NCBI GenBank assembly: GCA_963514005.1
Contig: OY740781.1
Span: 134,540,001-134,604,000, forward strand
Source: Raja brachyura
Taxonomy: Eukaryota
Length of the DNA stretch: 64,000 bases
Reading direction: 5' to 3'
Shown here: positions 36,030 through 49,004 of the stretch, piece by piece
Position numbering within the stretch: position 1 is the first letter of the stretch
Layout: the number at the start of each line of letters is the position of its first letter
Notes under the pieces: generated by a model
The model's input: the letters and a program-made list of their open reading frames with translations, nothing else
Told to the model about the DNA's origin: nothing
Database searches by the model: none
Translations under genes and position numbers: made by a program

Positions 36030-39000
36030 TTTTTTAATTTTAATTTTGATATTATACAAATACTTTTATTCAAAAATTAAAATAAACATACAGAGTATTA
36101 ACACAATGAAAGACTGCCTATGTTGACAGTTTATAAACAAACGATCATCAAATTAATATATCACCAACTTTATCAACAAAACACTCGCCCCCCCCCCCCC
36201 CCCCCACGTGTTCCCTCTCCTCGGACACGCGGGCACGGACGTAAGCCTGGAAAAGGGACAGGCAGCCAACTCCTATGCGGCCATCGACTACTCGCTGCCT
36301 AGACCCGCGAATGGTTATCTTGGCCACGCCCAGGAGCAGACGGACAGGGAGATCCCCCCCCTCCCTCCTGACCTTCTCGCCCTCCCTCCCGACCTCTCCC
36401 CCTCCCTCCCTCCCTCCCTTCTCCCCTCTGTACCGGGTGCCCAAATATCAGGAGTGTGGGGCTAAAATGTAGTCAAAACATGAGGATCAGCCCCTTCAGA
36501 TAGTCAAACAGGGGCTGCAACCTCTCACACTGCATGCACAAATGAAACATGGTCTCTTCCCTCTCCTCGGACACGCGGGCACGGACGTAAGCCTGGAAAA
36601 GGGACAGGCAGCCAACTCCTATGCGGCCATCGACTACTCGCTGCCTAGACCCGTGAATGGTCATCTTGGCCACGCCCAGGAGCAGACGGACAGGGAGATC
36701 CCCCCCTCCCTCCTGACCTTCTCGCCCTCCCTCCCGACCTCTCCCCCTCCCTCCCTCCCTCCCTTCTCCCCTCTGTACCGGGTGCCCAAATATCAGGAGT
36801 GTGGGGCTAAAATGTAGCCAAAACATGAGGATCAGCCCCTTCAGATAGTCAAACAGGGGCTGCAACCTCTCACACTGCATGCACAAATGAAACATGGTCT
36901 CTTCCTCGCTGCAGAAGTGACAGGCGGCTGGGGAGTCCGTGAACCGGCTCAATTATCTGTTACAGGCCACAGCCATGTGCAGCACTCTCCACCCCAGGTC
37001 ACCGATATAAAGGGGGAGATCTCCCTTATAGAGGGACCTCCACTGAGGACCACTCCCGCCATCAGGTGGTAACAAGGGCCGCCAGGGCGTGTCCGGACGG
37101 AAGACAAGGGCGAGGAAGTGCAGAGTGTGCAGGAGCAGCCCATACAGCACCTGCCTCTCAGCGTCACGGAACGGCTCTCGGGAAGGGACCCGGGCCGTGG
37201 GTCCGATGAGCAATTCCGACGGAGCGGGAGTAAGCTCGGTGGAATAGTCTGTACCCAGGTGGAGAGACGCCACCTGGGTACAGACGCAAACCAGCGCCTG
37301 ACCCCCCCCCCCCCCACGGGAAACCTAGAACCCCTGCAGAGACCCAATGATTCCTCTCTCCCCAGAAAAAGTTCACCAACCTTCTCTGGATCATGGTGAC
37401 AAATAAAGAGGGCGGGAATAAAGTGGGCAGCCGATACCACAACATAGAAGCCACCAGCTGATTTATGACCAATGCTCTCGCCCGGTAAGAGAGCATGCCA
37501 AGGAGGCCTGACCAATGCCCTAGCTGGGCGACGACTTTCGCCTCTAACTCGCCAGCCAAGCCTCATAAGTGGGACTCAGGTAGACCCCCTGGTAGAGGAG
37601 GTGCGTGGTGCTCCACGCATAAGATGTCATCTCCTCCGGCAGGGAGACCACCTCCCACTGACCCACCAAGAGACCAGAACACTTCCCCCAGTTGATCCTG
37701 GCGGAAGATGCAGCCGAGAATACCTGCTGACACTCACGCATCCTCCGCAGGTTAACAGGGACGGTGAACATCAAAAGGACATCATCGGTGTTGGCCGAAA
37801 GAACCACCTGCACCCCCGGCCCCGGTAAAGCCAGGCCTGCCAACCGTCTCCAGAGATGACACAGGAATGGTTCTACACAGATGGAATGGAGCTGGCCAGA
37901 CATGGGACATCCCTGACGTACCCCCCTCCTAAAGTGAACAGGGGCCGACAAAGGGCTGTTGACCTTAACAAGGCATTCCGCAGCAGCGTACAAAGGCTGG
38001 ACTCGGGCCACTGGTCAATCTGAACTCCTGCAGAGTCCCAAGAAGGTAGTCGTGGTCCACCCTGTCAAACGCCTTCTCCTGGTCCAGGGAGAGAAAGGCA
38101 ACTGACTGCCCAGTCCCCTGGGACAGATGGATCAGGTCCCGGACCAGACGGATATTGTCCTGGATGGACCGGCCCGGGACTGTGTAGGACTGGTTGGGGT
38201 TGATCACTTGGGACAGCACGGGACCCAGGCGAACCAGACGGTTCTAAGAAACTCCACCGTCAGCCCATCCAGTCCTGGAGACTTGCCCCCCCTGAGCTGA
38301 TGCAGGGTAGCAGTCAGATCCTCCAGAATTAAGGAATCATCGAGGCGTTCAGCCACCTCTTTGCACACTATGGATAAGCCCTCCCATAGGACCCCCTGCG
38401 CATCCCCACTAGATGTATCCTTGAAGAACAGAGTCCTGTAGAAAGACTGAACCGAGGCAACAATGTTCCTCGCCACTTCTCCAGAGAGAAGAAAAAGGGG
38501 GAGGCGCGGCCCAGATCGTGCAACGCCTGGACTCGCGACCTCATATACACGCCTCAGGACCTCCTAAGCTGCAAGTCCCTCAGCGCACCCTTCTTCTCCT
38601 GGGACTCCTTCCACTCGCACGAGTCCCCACAAGTCCGACCCAGACGAGACTCGAGCAGCTCTCTCTCAAGCCGTCCGATCTCGGAGTCCCGCCCCTTGGT
38701 CGACACCCTCCATCCCGGAATCGACGGTCCTCCAGCAGCTGGTAATTAAAATGCCAATACGAGGACCCTGCCCGTGTGCGCGCTGGGATAAAATCCACTC
38801 GCACCAGGCAGTGGTCCGAGCACGGCACCAGCGCATGGAAGCCGCCAAGACACAAGAGACATAGGCCTTGAAAACGTACAAGCGGTCAATACGGGAACCA
38901 CCTCCCTCAAACCTGTATGAGAAGGCACTAGAGTCAGGATGGAAATTCCGCCACGCATCGACCAGCTCAAAAGAGTCTACCAGTTCCCTTAATGTCTTCA

Positions 39001-39580
39001 CTGCTGCTGGGTCACACAGAACGCCGGAGCGATCTCGGCCGATGGTATTCAACAAAGTGGTCACCTCCCGGGTTAGGCGCGTCTGCATTGTGCCGATCTT
39101 GGGGGCGTACACATTGATAATGTGTAACGGCGCGCCATCCAGGCGCATGGCCAGATACAGCAACCGGCCTGGTACAATTTCCTGCACCTTGAGGATCTCC
39201 GGCTGGAAAGATGGGGCCCACAGGAAAGCCACTCCACTCGAATTGGAGTTAAGATGGCTCATGTAGACCCCCCTTCCCATTCTAGGAGCTAGGTGGGTTC
39301 ATCACTAGCCACAGTGTGTGTTTCCTGCCATAAGCTCACTGCATACACCCGTCCCTGAGCCCCGAGATGTGGCGAAACCTACAGAGACCCCCTGCCCCTA
39401 TTGATATTCAGGCTGATAGTGAGTTTAATTTTGAATTTACACTAGATCTTTTACCAGCACCCAGTGAAGGAGTGGAGCTGCCCCTAGCCTTCTGCCCTCT
39501 CTTTAGGGCTTTAAAAAGCACTTGGAACTGGTGCTGCACATTTTTCGCTAGACCTGCCTCCTTTCCCTTCTTCTGAAGGA
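36030..39580 (-). mobile_element. Decayed Tx1-clade (L1 superfamily) non-LTR retrotransposon: ORF1 end, endonuclease, RT, C-terminal Zn motif, A-rich tail
   Basis: Frameshifted ORFs with QETH, SSGVAFL, INVYAP, SRIDRLY, SDH, KSPGLDGL, LSLDQEKAFDRVDH, GVRQGCPMSG, ANTDD and CHFC...HLCMQC; AATAAA and A-rich tail near 36030-36070. Confidence 0.9.
36211..36901. repeat. Near-identical ~345-bp tandem duplication inside the Tx1 3' end
   Basis: Units start at 36211 and 36557 (TTCCCTCTCCTCGGACACG...) and differ only by a few C/T changes and one C in a homopolymer. Confidence 0.95.
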
Positions 39581-39940
39581 TGGCATAAATGGACTGCCAA
39601 CCCCATGGGAGCAGTCAACATTCTGGAATGATATTCTTCATACTGTCCATGATTTGTGTTGGCACAGGGTTGTCCGCTGATCTTCTGGAGGACGCTAAAA
39701 CCAAGGATCTCTTCTGTGAATTCAGTTATGAAGTTTTATTTTTGTCCCTGTTGGATGAATCCCATAGTTCTTTTCATCTCATTCGTAGGATTGTGACCAC
39801 AACACTGAGGTTGGCTGTTATTTTCCAGCATGGTAGCTCTAGTGATATTCAAATTGTAATAAAAGAAAGTTTGCATTGCAAGCACAAAATCAATTTGACT
39901 TTTTAAAATACTGGTTCGTTTCTTAAAATCCATTTACAGA

Positions 39941-40217
39941 GAATCCAGGGGGAGCCTTGCAGTTGACCGCACGAGGTGGAGAGGTACCCTGAACCTGTTG
40001 AGCTAAACTGTTGAATGCAGCGGAAGACAAGCGGGCACGCAGACAGGAGCGCAGCTACTTCACACAAATGTGACCTTTGCCACAGACTGTCACTCCCGCA
40101 TTGGTCTCTTCAGCCACAAGTAACGCTGCTCGAGCCGAGGTTTGGAGCAAGCAGCCAACAACTAGGATGCATCACCCATGGTCAGTCATGACCGAGGGGA
40201 GCCTACTACAATCTACT
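39941..40217 (+). mobile_element. RTE-clade LINE 3' end
   Basis: Manual translation across frameshifts gives ESLAVDRTRWRGTLN, KLLNAAEDKRARR and THKCDLCHR/CHSRIGLFSHK*RC (RTE C-terminal Zn motif), then a (CTA)n-like tail. Confidence 0.75.
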
Positions 40218-41124
40218 TTTGACACGATCAGGTCCATGATTTTCAGCATTGCAAAGGCAGGAATAAACACACTGGTTTTAAACTGAGAAATTTATCTATT
40301 ACAACAATTCATTGTTAAGTTTCTGCATATTAGACTATAATGAAGATTATGTTTATAAATATGTATTTGAAAATGAAATATATATGTGTGTGTGTGCATG
40401 CATGTGTGTTTGTGCGAGTATACACACATATATATATACATGTGTGTGAACGTATATATATCATGAAAGGTATGGATGGAAAACAGTTGTCCTTATTAAC
40501 ACTATTCGCATGTGGAACCCTCTTATACAATTCAGCTTAATATTTATAAACTATTCTATGGTACCCTCTGGTATTCAGACTTATAAATGAGCAGCTTCTG
40601 CTCACCACAAGCAATTTAAAACACTCACATTGCACATTTGGTGTAATTCACCCCTGTCTTTCATCATCTCACCATGTTCCAAGGAGAATTTTGTTAAAAT
40701 TAGACATTGGGTTGGGAAGATACTGTGAAAAGTATTTTTAGCTTCTAAAAAAAAGTTACTGTAAAAAGCCGTGCTTCACTTAGTCACTTCACGGAAGGAT
40801 CCTATTAAAGAGCAGCAAGCACTGACACTGTCTTTCAAATAACTAAGCTGTAAGTCATGGAATCCTTCCCAAGACGCTTCAATCTTCCCATCCTTTTGAC
40901 TGACCCCCGCTAATATCTGTTTATTGGGCTGTGTGGCATTTTTTAATTTTTCTGATTAAACATCCATGAATCATCTTGGGACACGTCCATTTACATACAT
41001 TCTACATCTCAATTTTAAGATTGAATTAAGCCTGAACTTTACAATCTGTTGTGTGAAACGTTTGGTAACTTTGAAACTAAGTTTATCCAGATCTTGAATA
41101 TTTCAATCCTCAGACATCATCTGC

Positions 41125-41325
41125 AGTGGAAGGAACAATGGCACAGCTGGTAGAGCTGCTGCCTCACAGCTCTGGACACCCAGGTTCCATCCTGACTGTC
41201 TGTGTGGAGTTTACATGTTCTCTTCTTGCTGTGACTGTATGGATTTCCTCCGGGTGCCCCTGTTTCCTACCACATCCCAAAGGCGTAATGGTTTGTAATT
41301 TTGTTTAGTTTATTAGTTTAGTTCT
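41125..41325 (+). mobile_element. V-SINE 5' part, followed by an L2-type tail to about 41565
   Basis: Head GGCACAGCTGGTAGAGCTGCTGCCTCACAG and V-domain. Confidence 0.75.
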
Positions 41326-41789
41326 CTAGTTGGTGATAAGATGTCCTACCATGGAATTTTCTCTATTGTGTTTTGTTTGTGTATCTTGTTTTTTGTCACA
41401 GTCCTTTTGTTTTACTCTCTTACATAATTCACAGAGCAATTTATGTATAATTTATGTTTTGTATTTTGATCTAAGTTTATGGGCCTATCATGCTGTTACA
41501 AACAAGATTCTATCATACCTATACCTCACTGTACTTGTACGAATTACGATAATCTCCATTTGACACCAATGTGAATTTTTTGGTTGACATTTAGATAAAT
41601 CCTAGCTTTCTCACAGTTTCAATGATTCAATTAAATTCAATGATACCTAGGTAGAATGAATTGCTTTCTTTTGAATCCAACCCGGTAAAATCACACAGCA
41701 GACCTCATCTAGACAGTACACAAGAGGCGGCACGTTACTGCCGGCGACAAAGTTACAAAAGTTCACCAAACAGTCCTATCTTCTGGGGT

Positions 41790-42700
41790 TACACAAAAAG
41801 CTGGAGAAACTCAGCGGGTGCAGCAGCATCTAAGGAGTGAAGGAGATAGGCGACGTTTCGGGTCGAGACCCTTCTTCAGACTGGTCAGGGATCAGGGAAA
41901 CGAGAGATATAAACAGTGATATGGAGAGATAAAGCAAGAACAATGAGTGAAAGATATGCAAAAAAGTATTGGTGATAAGAAAAACAGGCCATTGTAAGCT
42001 GTTTCTGGTGTGAAAATGAGAAGCTAGTGCGACTTGGGGGGGGGGGGGGGGGAGATGGTGAAGGAATGTCAGGGCCCGAGGGCTGAGGGAGAGGTGGGGG
42101 GGTGGGGGGAAAGGAGCAGTCTGGGTTAACAGAATTGAGAAAATTCAATGTTTAAGCCCAGAGGATGCAGACTCCCCAAGCGGAATATGAGATGTTGTTC
42201 CTCAAACTTGCGGTGTTGTTCACTCTGGCCATGGAGGAGGCCCAGGACCGAGAGGTCGGATACGGAGTGGGAGGGGGAGTTGAAGTGCTGAGCCACCGGG
42301 AGGTCGGGTTGGTTATTGCGGACCGAGCGGAGGTGTTCGGCGAAACGATCGCCTAGCCTCCGCTTGGTCTCACCGATGTAGATTAGCTGGCATCTGGAGC
42401 AACGGATGCAGTAGACGAGGTTGGAGGAGGTGCAGGTGAACCTCTGTCGGACTTGGAATGACTGCTTGGGTCCCTGAAAGGAGTGGATGGGGGAGGTGAA
42501 GGAACAAGTGTAGCATCTCTTGCGGTTGCAAGGGAAAGTGCCCGGGGAAGGAGTGGAGCAGGAGGGAAGGGAAGAATTGACGAGGGAGTTGCGGAGGGAG
42601 CGGTCTTTGCGGAAGGCAGATAGGGGGGGAGATGGGAAGATGTGGCGAGTGGAGGGGTCACGTTGGAGGTGGCGAAACTGGCGGAGGACTATCTGTTGTA
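41790..42700 (-). mobile_element. Penelope-like element 3' part, well preserved
   Basis: Collinear with 8898-9690 (GIY-YIG region and terminal repeat); many CpGs retained. Confidence 0.9.
41852..41879 (-). ncRNA. Minimal (short stem III) hammerhead ribozyme motif of the PLE terminal repeat
   Basis: Minus strand reads CUGAAGA-A-GGGUC-UC-GACCC-GAAAC-GUC: conserved core, stem II and palindromic ACGU stem III. Confidence 0.7.
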
Positions 42701-43028
42701 AGTCCTATCTTCTGCCTGCCGTTGCATGTGGCAGCAGCCCCTCCCCCTCCCGCCGGGTTCCCCCTTCAATCCCAGTAAAACACCTCTTTAAAATCTGCTT
42801 CTGTAATCCAACATCTAACAATGATTTATGATCCGCCAGGTTATTTTAGAACATTTTGCTGCATTAAGACGTAATGCAAATAAGATTGTTATTGTAGTAA
42901 ACTCCCATCTCATTCCAGCCATGCTGAAAATTGCACACCTTACTTAACACTTCAAGTGTAGGTCATGAATTTTTCAATGTTGTCTCTGCAGGACAGATAA
43001 TCCAACTAACCACAGCCAAACTAATAAA

Positions 43029-43735
43029 TCTGGGGGTCCTTGTTCATCAGTCAATGAAAGTAAGCATGCAGGTACAGCAGACAGTGAAGAAAGCGAATGG
43101 CATGTTGGCGTTCATAACACGAGGAGTTGAGTATAGGAGCAAAGAGGTCCTGCTGCAGTTGTACAGGGCCCTAGTGAGACCATACCTGGAGTATTGTGTG
43201 CAGTTTTGGTCCCCTAATTTGAGGAAGGACATTCTTGCTATTGAGGGAGTGCAGCGTGGGTTTACAAGGTTAATTCCAGGGATGGCAAGAGTGTCATATG
43301 CTGAGAGAATGAAGCGTTTGGGCTTGTACACTCTGGAGTTCAGAAGGATGAGAGGGGATCTTATTGAAACATTATTAGGGTTTAGACACGCTAGAAGCAG
43401 GAAACATGTTCCCGATGTTGGGGGAGTCCAGAACCAGGGGCCACAGTTTAAGAATAAGGGGTAAGCCATTTAGAACGGAGATGAGGAAACACTTTTTCAC
43501 ACAGAGAGTTGTGAGTCTGTGGCATTCTCTGCCTCAGAGGGCGGTGGACGCCAGTTTTCTGGATCCTTTCAAGAGAGAGCTAGATAGGGCTCTTAAAGAT
43601 AGCAGAGTCAGGGGATATGGGGAGAAGGCAGGAACGGGGCACTGATTGGGGATGATCAGCCATGATCACATTGAATGGCAGTGCTGGCTTGAAGGGCCGA
43701 ATGGCCTACTCCTGCACCTATTGTCTCTTGTCTAT
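43029..43735 (+). mobile_element. 5'-truncated CR1 LINE
   Basis: ORFs 42931..43464 (LGVLVHQSMK...RRMRGDLIE) and 43406..43645; (CTATTGT)-type tail. Confidence 0.93.
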
Positions 43736-44009
43736 AAATGTTCATGCAATTTATCTGCTTCATTTTACTCCAGTCCATCTCGTAAACCCTGACTTTACAC
43801 CGCTGTCCAGATGGTTATTGCTGGGCGTGATCCATGCTGAATGGTGGATTCATTCTCGCTAATGATAATCCGAAGGCAGAGCTGGTAGTTTCTGTGGTGC
43901 CCATTTAGAAACCGGGACTGCTATCCTTCGAGTGGAAAGCCATGTCAACTAACTCTTGACCAGAATTGAATTGCTCCGAGTAATTTGATGTAGCTCATTG
44001 ACTGTTTGA

Positions 44010-44312
44010 ATACCAAGTGTTCGAGTAACTCAGTGGTTCAGGCAGCATCTTTGGAGCACATGGATAGGTGACATTTAGAAGGGTCTCGGCCCGAAATGTC
44101 ACCCATTCCTCTCCAGAGATGCTGCCTGGCCCGTTGAGTTACTCCAGCATTTTGTGTTTATTTCAGTTTGAGACTCTTCTTGATTCTGAAGAAGGGTCCT
44201 GAACTGAAACATCACCTATCCATGTGCTCCAAAAATGATGCCTGACACATCGAGTTACTTGAACACTTTGTGTCCTTTTTTTGTAAACCAGCAATCTACA
44301 GGTTCTTGCGTC
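44010..44312. mobile_element. PLE terminus array: one inverted plus two tandem copies
   Basis: Hammerhead-like cores near 44075-44100 and 44186-44213, each followed by GATGCTGCC...GAGTTACT-like arms. Confidence 0.7.
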
Positions 44313-45199
44313 TAGTAAAAATATCAACCTCTCCACTCAATGCTACTGCAAGGTAGTGGATTCTTGTGCCCGTTCCCTGAGTTCTCTACTCTTACCCCAG
44401 TTGACTATTTAATTCCATTCTCCCTGCTGGGACCTGAATGGCAGTGAACTCTATTGCCATGGACACCACCACAACAGATATCCTGTCAATAGTGCACTGT
44501 TCACAAACACTTTGGGCATGAGACAATGTATGGCAAGGGTTTTTTCAATTCTTCCCTGCTCCCCCCAGGAGCCTGAACACAATTGTACTTCCCACTGCTA
44601 CATGGGGCAAAATGTGGAAGCTCTTTCTGTCTGGAAAATGAACCTTGGGTCAAACCGATTTCTTGCGTACAGAAGTATCGTTGTGCATTGGCTGGGGTTC
44701 GGGTGACAAGCAGATGGTGTGATTTCAAACAGGATACAACCTATTTCAGCGCATTACTGGACAACTGTTACAAGAACACATGTGCATTTAATGCATTACA
44801 AGCAGTACCTTACATACCGTGAATAACCACCATATGTTTCCATGAAATCAAGTTCTATGCTTATAGTACTATGCATAATTGAATCCTAAACATTGTACTG
44901 GTCTGACCTTACTGTAACTCTCCTGCAGAGTTTACACATTCATACCTATCTATAAACATTTCAGCTGGAATTTATATCTCCCTACACTCCCACATCACAA
45001 TCCATCCCTGGAACTCTCATGTTAATCCTAGATATTCTTACACATATGCAGACTTGTACACATGCAGACTGCTCTGGCTTCTGGTAATTGAACCTCAAAT
45101 TAACTCTGAAATAGTTGTTTTGTGTTTCCATAGCCTGAATTGTAAAAGTTAGAATATTGGAAATGGATTCTGAAGGGGTGCAAGAGGATTGGAACAAGC

Positions 45200-45445
45200 T
45201 GGCAGCACAGTGACGTAGCGGTAGAGCTTCTGCCTTACAGCGCCAGAGACACAGGTTCGATCCTGACTGCAGGTGCTGTCTGTATGGAGTTTGTATATTC
45301 TCCCCTTGACCTGTGTGGGTTTTCTCAGAGTGCTCCGGTTTCCTCCCACACTCCAAATATGTACAGATTGTCGGCTAATTGGCTTATGCAAATTGTAAAA
45401 TGTTCCTAGTGTGCAGGATAGAGCTGGTGTACGGGATGATTGCCT
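45200..45445 (+). mobile_element. V-SINE (HE1-like)
   Basis: GGCAGCACAGTGACGTAGCGGTAGAG head, GGTTCGATCC B-box and V-domain. Confidence 0.85.
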
Positions 45446-45594
45446 GTGGATTTACATCCCCGATTGGTAAATTATGCAATTTCTCGGTCATACAGCATGG
45501 AAACAGGCCCTTTGCACAACTTAACTATACCACCAAAATGACCCATCTAGGCCAGTCCCGTCTGGCACTTCCTTGGTGCAGCACTTTGTTTTGT

Positions 45595-45970
45595 TCCGAG
45601 ACACAAGTGGATGCTGGAATCTTGAGACAAACACAAAGTGCTGGAGTAACATCGGGTCAGGCAGTATCTGTGGAGGGACGGGACAGGCAACGTTTCAGGT
45701 CGGAGCTTTTCTTCAGACTGACCGTAGTAAAGGGAAGAAAGGTGGAAAAGCGAGGTGGCAAATGATAAAAGGTGGAATGCAGATGTTTGTTTATACCAAA
45801 GATAGACATAAGGTGCTGGAGTAACTCAGCGGGTCAGACAGCATCTCTGGAGAAAATGGATGGATGACAGTTTGGGTCGGGACCTTTCTTATCGAGAAGA
45901 AATGTCACCCATCCTTTTTCTCCAGAGATGCTGCATGACCCGCTGAGTTACTCAAGCATTTTGTGTCTAT
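45595..45970. mobile_element. Cluster of PLE termini including a fold-back copy (about 45800-45970)
   Basis: GCTGGAGTAACTCAGCGGGTCA arm with its inverse TGACCCGCTGAGTTACTC. Confidence 0.7.
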
Positions 45971-47037
45971 CAGTGATAGGTGGATGTGAGTGAGGAGGGT
46001 TTGGTTGGCAGAGGGGTGGAGTAAGGCTAGAGGTGAAAAGGAAAATGGTGTCAGAAGAAGGGATATCAAGACACGCGAGGATTGGGTTAGCAGAGTTGAT
46101 GCTCTTTCCTCAGTCAGTCTCTGAACTTGACCTGGACGCTGGTGAATCAAATGTATTGATTTGCTCTGTAATCTCCCCGTTTTCTCCGAATTATTGTCCA
46201 GTCCTTCGCCACTTCCAGATTTGCGAAGGAAGATGACGGTGTTGGGAAGTCCATTGACTGTGCGCCAGAATGCAACGAGTGCTACCCGCCTGTAGCCATG
46301 CACTTTAACAGCAAGGTCGAATGCTTTAATATTTACAAGCAAGCAAGCAAGCTTTAATGCAGAAGCTTTAATATTTACAAACAAGCTTTAATACAGAGGT
46401 CGGGCCGTGTGTGACTCTGCTGTTCCTTGGAATAAAACACACGAGGTCATATCGCCCTTACACCAGCCGGTGAGCAGTCAGCAGTCAGCTCTCTCTCTCT
46501 CTCTCTCTCTGGACGGTGCTTTGGCTGCACCATAGCATGTCTACTCATGTGCCCACCTGCCCCGGAATATAAGACCTGGTTTAACCTCAAAGTGTTAAAC
46601 TCTGGCGGCCTTCAGCAGAACTGTCTCTATTGGGCTGAATCTCCCGTGTGACCGAGCAGAGCATATTCATGGAGTCAGGTTAGCCCTTCCACTCCCCGCC
46701 GGCCAGTGAAACTGGCTTTGACCCTCTGATGCGGCTCAGGAATAATCCAACAACTCGCGTTCTCTCTCCCCCACCCCCGCCGTGAGCGCTTCACTTTCCA
46801 TTTACCTTCTTGTCTCCATTCTTCATGCACTTTCTGCATCTTATTTTATTGTTCCAATCTACCTCTAAATTCTCCTTTCTCTACCCCCTTTACCTTTGCA
46901 TCATTCAACTATTACTTTGCCCTTTCTTTCGATCTATCCCACCGGCTCTCCTTCATTCTATTTCTCTCTGTCTTATGTATCTCAGGCTCTCTCCGTCCAC
47001 GTTGTTTTCCCCCCATCTCGTTTATGTCATCCTCGTT

Positions 47038-47040
<3 letters not shown>

Positions 47041-47072
<32 letters not shown>

Positions 47073-47298
47073 CTTTTCGCCTAAGAGTGAGAACAGCTGT
47101 GTGTCGGGCAGAGAGGGTGGGAACTAAGGGCATGATGAGGGGAGGGGGGGGGGGGGGGGGGTGAGAATCGCCCACCTCCCTTCACCACAAGAGATCAGAC
47201 CTCTCCCACTCACACCTCCTTCTGTCTGCGGACTTGTCAGAGCGCAAGCCACCCTCCACTAGGGGATCTAATCTTCCGCAGAGAGAGAGGGTGCAAAT

Positions 47299-47323
<25 letters not shown>
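47041..47323. repeat. (CT)n, G-run and (GA)n simple repeats upstream of the NPNT ATG
   Basis: (CT)n at 47041-47068, G tract at 47139-47161, (GA)n at about 47299-47323; another (CT)n at 46489-46510. Confidence 0.9.
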
Positions 47324-47329
<6 letters not shown>

Positions 47330-47546
47330 ATAAAGTGAGCGCCACAGAATCTCTGAGAGACAGGCAGCCGACCGGCGCAAGAACTGGCCCCTGGTTCACT
47401 CTTTACATGGTTTCTCGATAGACTGGACATTAACTCCACGAGAGAGCGAGGAGATCAGCTAGTTCACAGCAGCGTCGTTCCAGCTGCCGTTCGACTCGTT
47501 TTTATTTTACCGAGCGAAGAGCTGGGAAGGGGGACAGGGGGAGATC

Positions 47547-47626
47547 ATGAAGGCTTTCGTGGGACATTTGTTGGCCGTGTCCACGATGTATCTGTGCGCC
47601 ACAGCTGAGCAGAGCAGCAGCAACAG
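47547..47626 (+). CDS. NPNT: Nephronectin first coding exon (signal peptide), MKAFVGHLLAVSTMYLCATAEQSSSN(R)
   Basis: ATG in ATCATGA context, hydrophobic leader with A-T-A|E cleavage-like site, strong AG|GTAAGA donor. Phase 2 joins the exon at 51623. Resembles recalled human MDFLLALVLVSSLYLQAAAEFDGR. Confidence 0.88.
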
Positions 47627-49004
47627 GTAAGAAGAGCAAGAGAAGTTATTCTCTGTGTAATAGTTTCAGAAATTGGAGTCTGCCGCCGCCACTTACTCCC
47701 ACCCGTGGAATTTAATTCGGTAACATCATTCTTTGTCTGCAGAGTATATTCGATTTTACATCTTTAACGCGGTGTCGCACCTGTCACTTTTAACACTGCA
47801 GTGCAAGTTGGTGTTTAATTTCATCTCAAAGCATTAAAAAAAAAACTTCCAAGAACGCATTGCAAATAAATGAAACGTGCGCCCATTCTCAGATCGTTGC
47901 GACTACAGTTTGTTAGACACACAGGCACCGGTTTGCTGTCAAGTTAGGGCTTGTGTTATAACGTGAAGCCGGGGTGTGTAGGAATGCAACAATCCGCCCG
48001 CGTGTTCTGCCTCATCTCGGCGACTCCGTGAGTAACCTCAGGCAATCGACCTGCTCACTCCCCGGATCCCAGAGTAGCGACCAAAATAAACAACTGGTCA
48101 CAAACCTGGCTTGGAAGGAGAAAGAAACTCAAGGGAAAGCAGTTCACCTGAGCTAGATCTTTGAAAGATCCATGTCATGGGTCTAAGAGGTGGGAAGAGT
48201 TTGATTGTCAAGTGTACCGAGGCACCGTGACAAGCGTTTTAGTTGCGTGCTGGCCAGTCGAGCCGCCCACAGTGTACAGGTACAGGATAAAGGGAATTAA
48301 GATTAACCTAGTAAAGTCTGGTTAAATGTGTAGAAGATGCTGGTTTACACTGAAGATAGACACAAAAATACTGGACTTTTCTTTCCAGCATGTTTAAGAG
48401 GGAACTGCAGATGCTGGAAAATCGAAGGTAGACAAAAATGCTGGAGAAACTCAGCGGGTGAGGCAGCGTCTATGGAGCGAAGGAAATAGGCAACATTTCG
48501 GGTCGAGACCTTTCTTCAGACTGATCAGCAGGTCAGGCAGCATCTTTGGAGATAGTCCAAAGGACTCCAATGAGTGGGGAAGGTCAGTTCTACTCTGGTT
48601 GGTGACAGGATGGTTCAGTTGCCTGATAACAGCTGGGGAGAAACTGTCCCTGAATCTGGAGGTGTGGGTTTTCACACTTCTGTACCACTCGCCTGATGAG
48701 AGAGTTGGCAATTCAAAACTGTTCTGAAAGAAAGCCTTACATTTTTTTTTAGAGAACCTTTCGGTGCCATTTCCAGTGCAGCCAAAACGCTTTGCAACGA
48801 ATGAAAAACGCAGCTTGTTCAAAATAAAATAAAAACCTGCACCCAGAATCCTAACAGCGGCACAGCTGGTAGACCTGCTGTTTCACCATGCCAGAGACTT
48901 TGGTTTGAACCTGAAGTTGCAATCTCATACCTCACTTTGGACTGTGCTTCCAGTAGTAATGGTGAGCCATAGACTCTAGTTCCAGACCGTAGTCTGTGAG
49001 CAAA

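Larger units (their letters stand above)
46400..48100 (+). promoter_or_regulatory. NPNT: NPNT promoter / 5' UTR / CpG-enriched region
   Basis: TE-free, CpG-enriched stretch around the first coding exon. Contains (CT)n, (GA)n and G tracts and an inverted CCAAT (ATTGG near 46629). Confidence 0.6.

Noticed and set aside
36188-36205. Long C/G homopolymers (also near 18811, 37303, 42035) as functional G-quadruplexes
   Set aside because: They lie inside TEs, and homopolymer length is unreliable in assemblies.
40378-40460. ORFs 40330..40530 and 40340..40540
   Set aside because: Translations of a degenerate (TA)/(TG) microsatellite.
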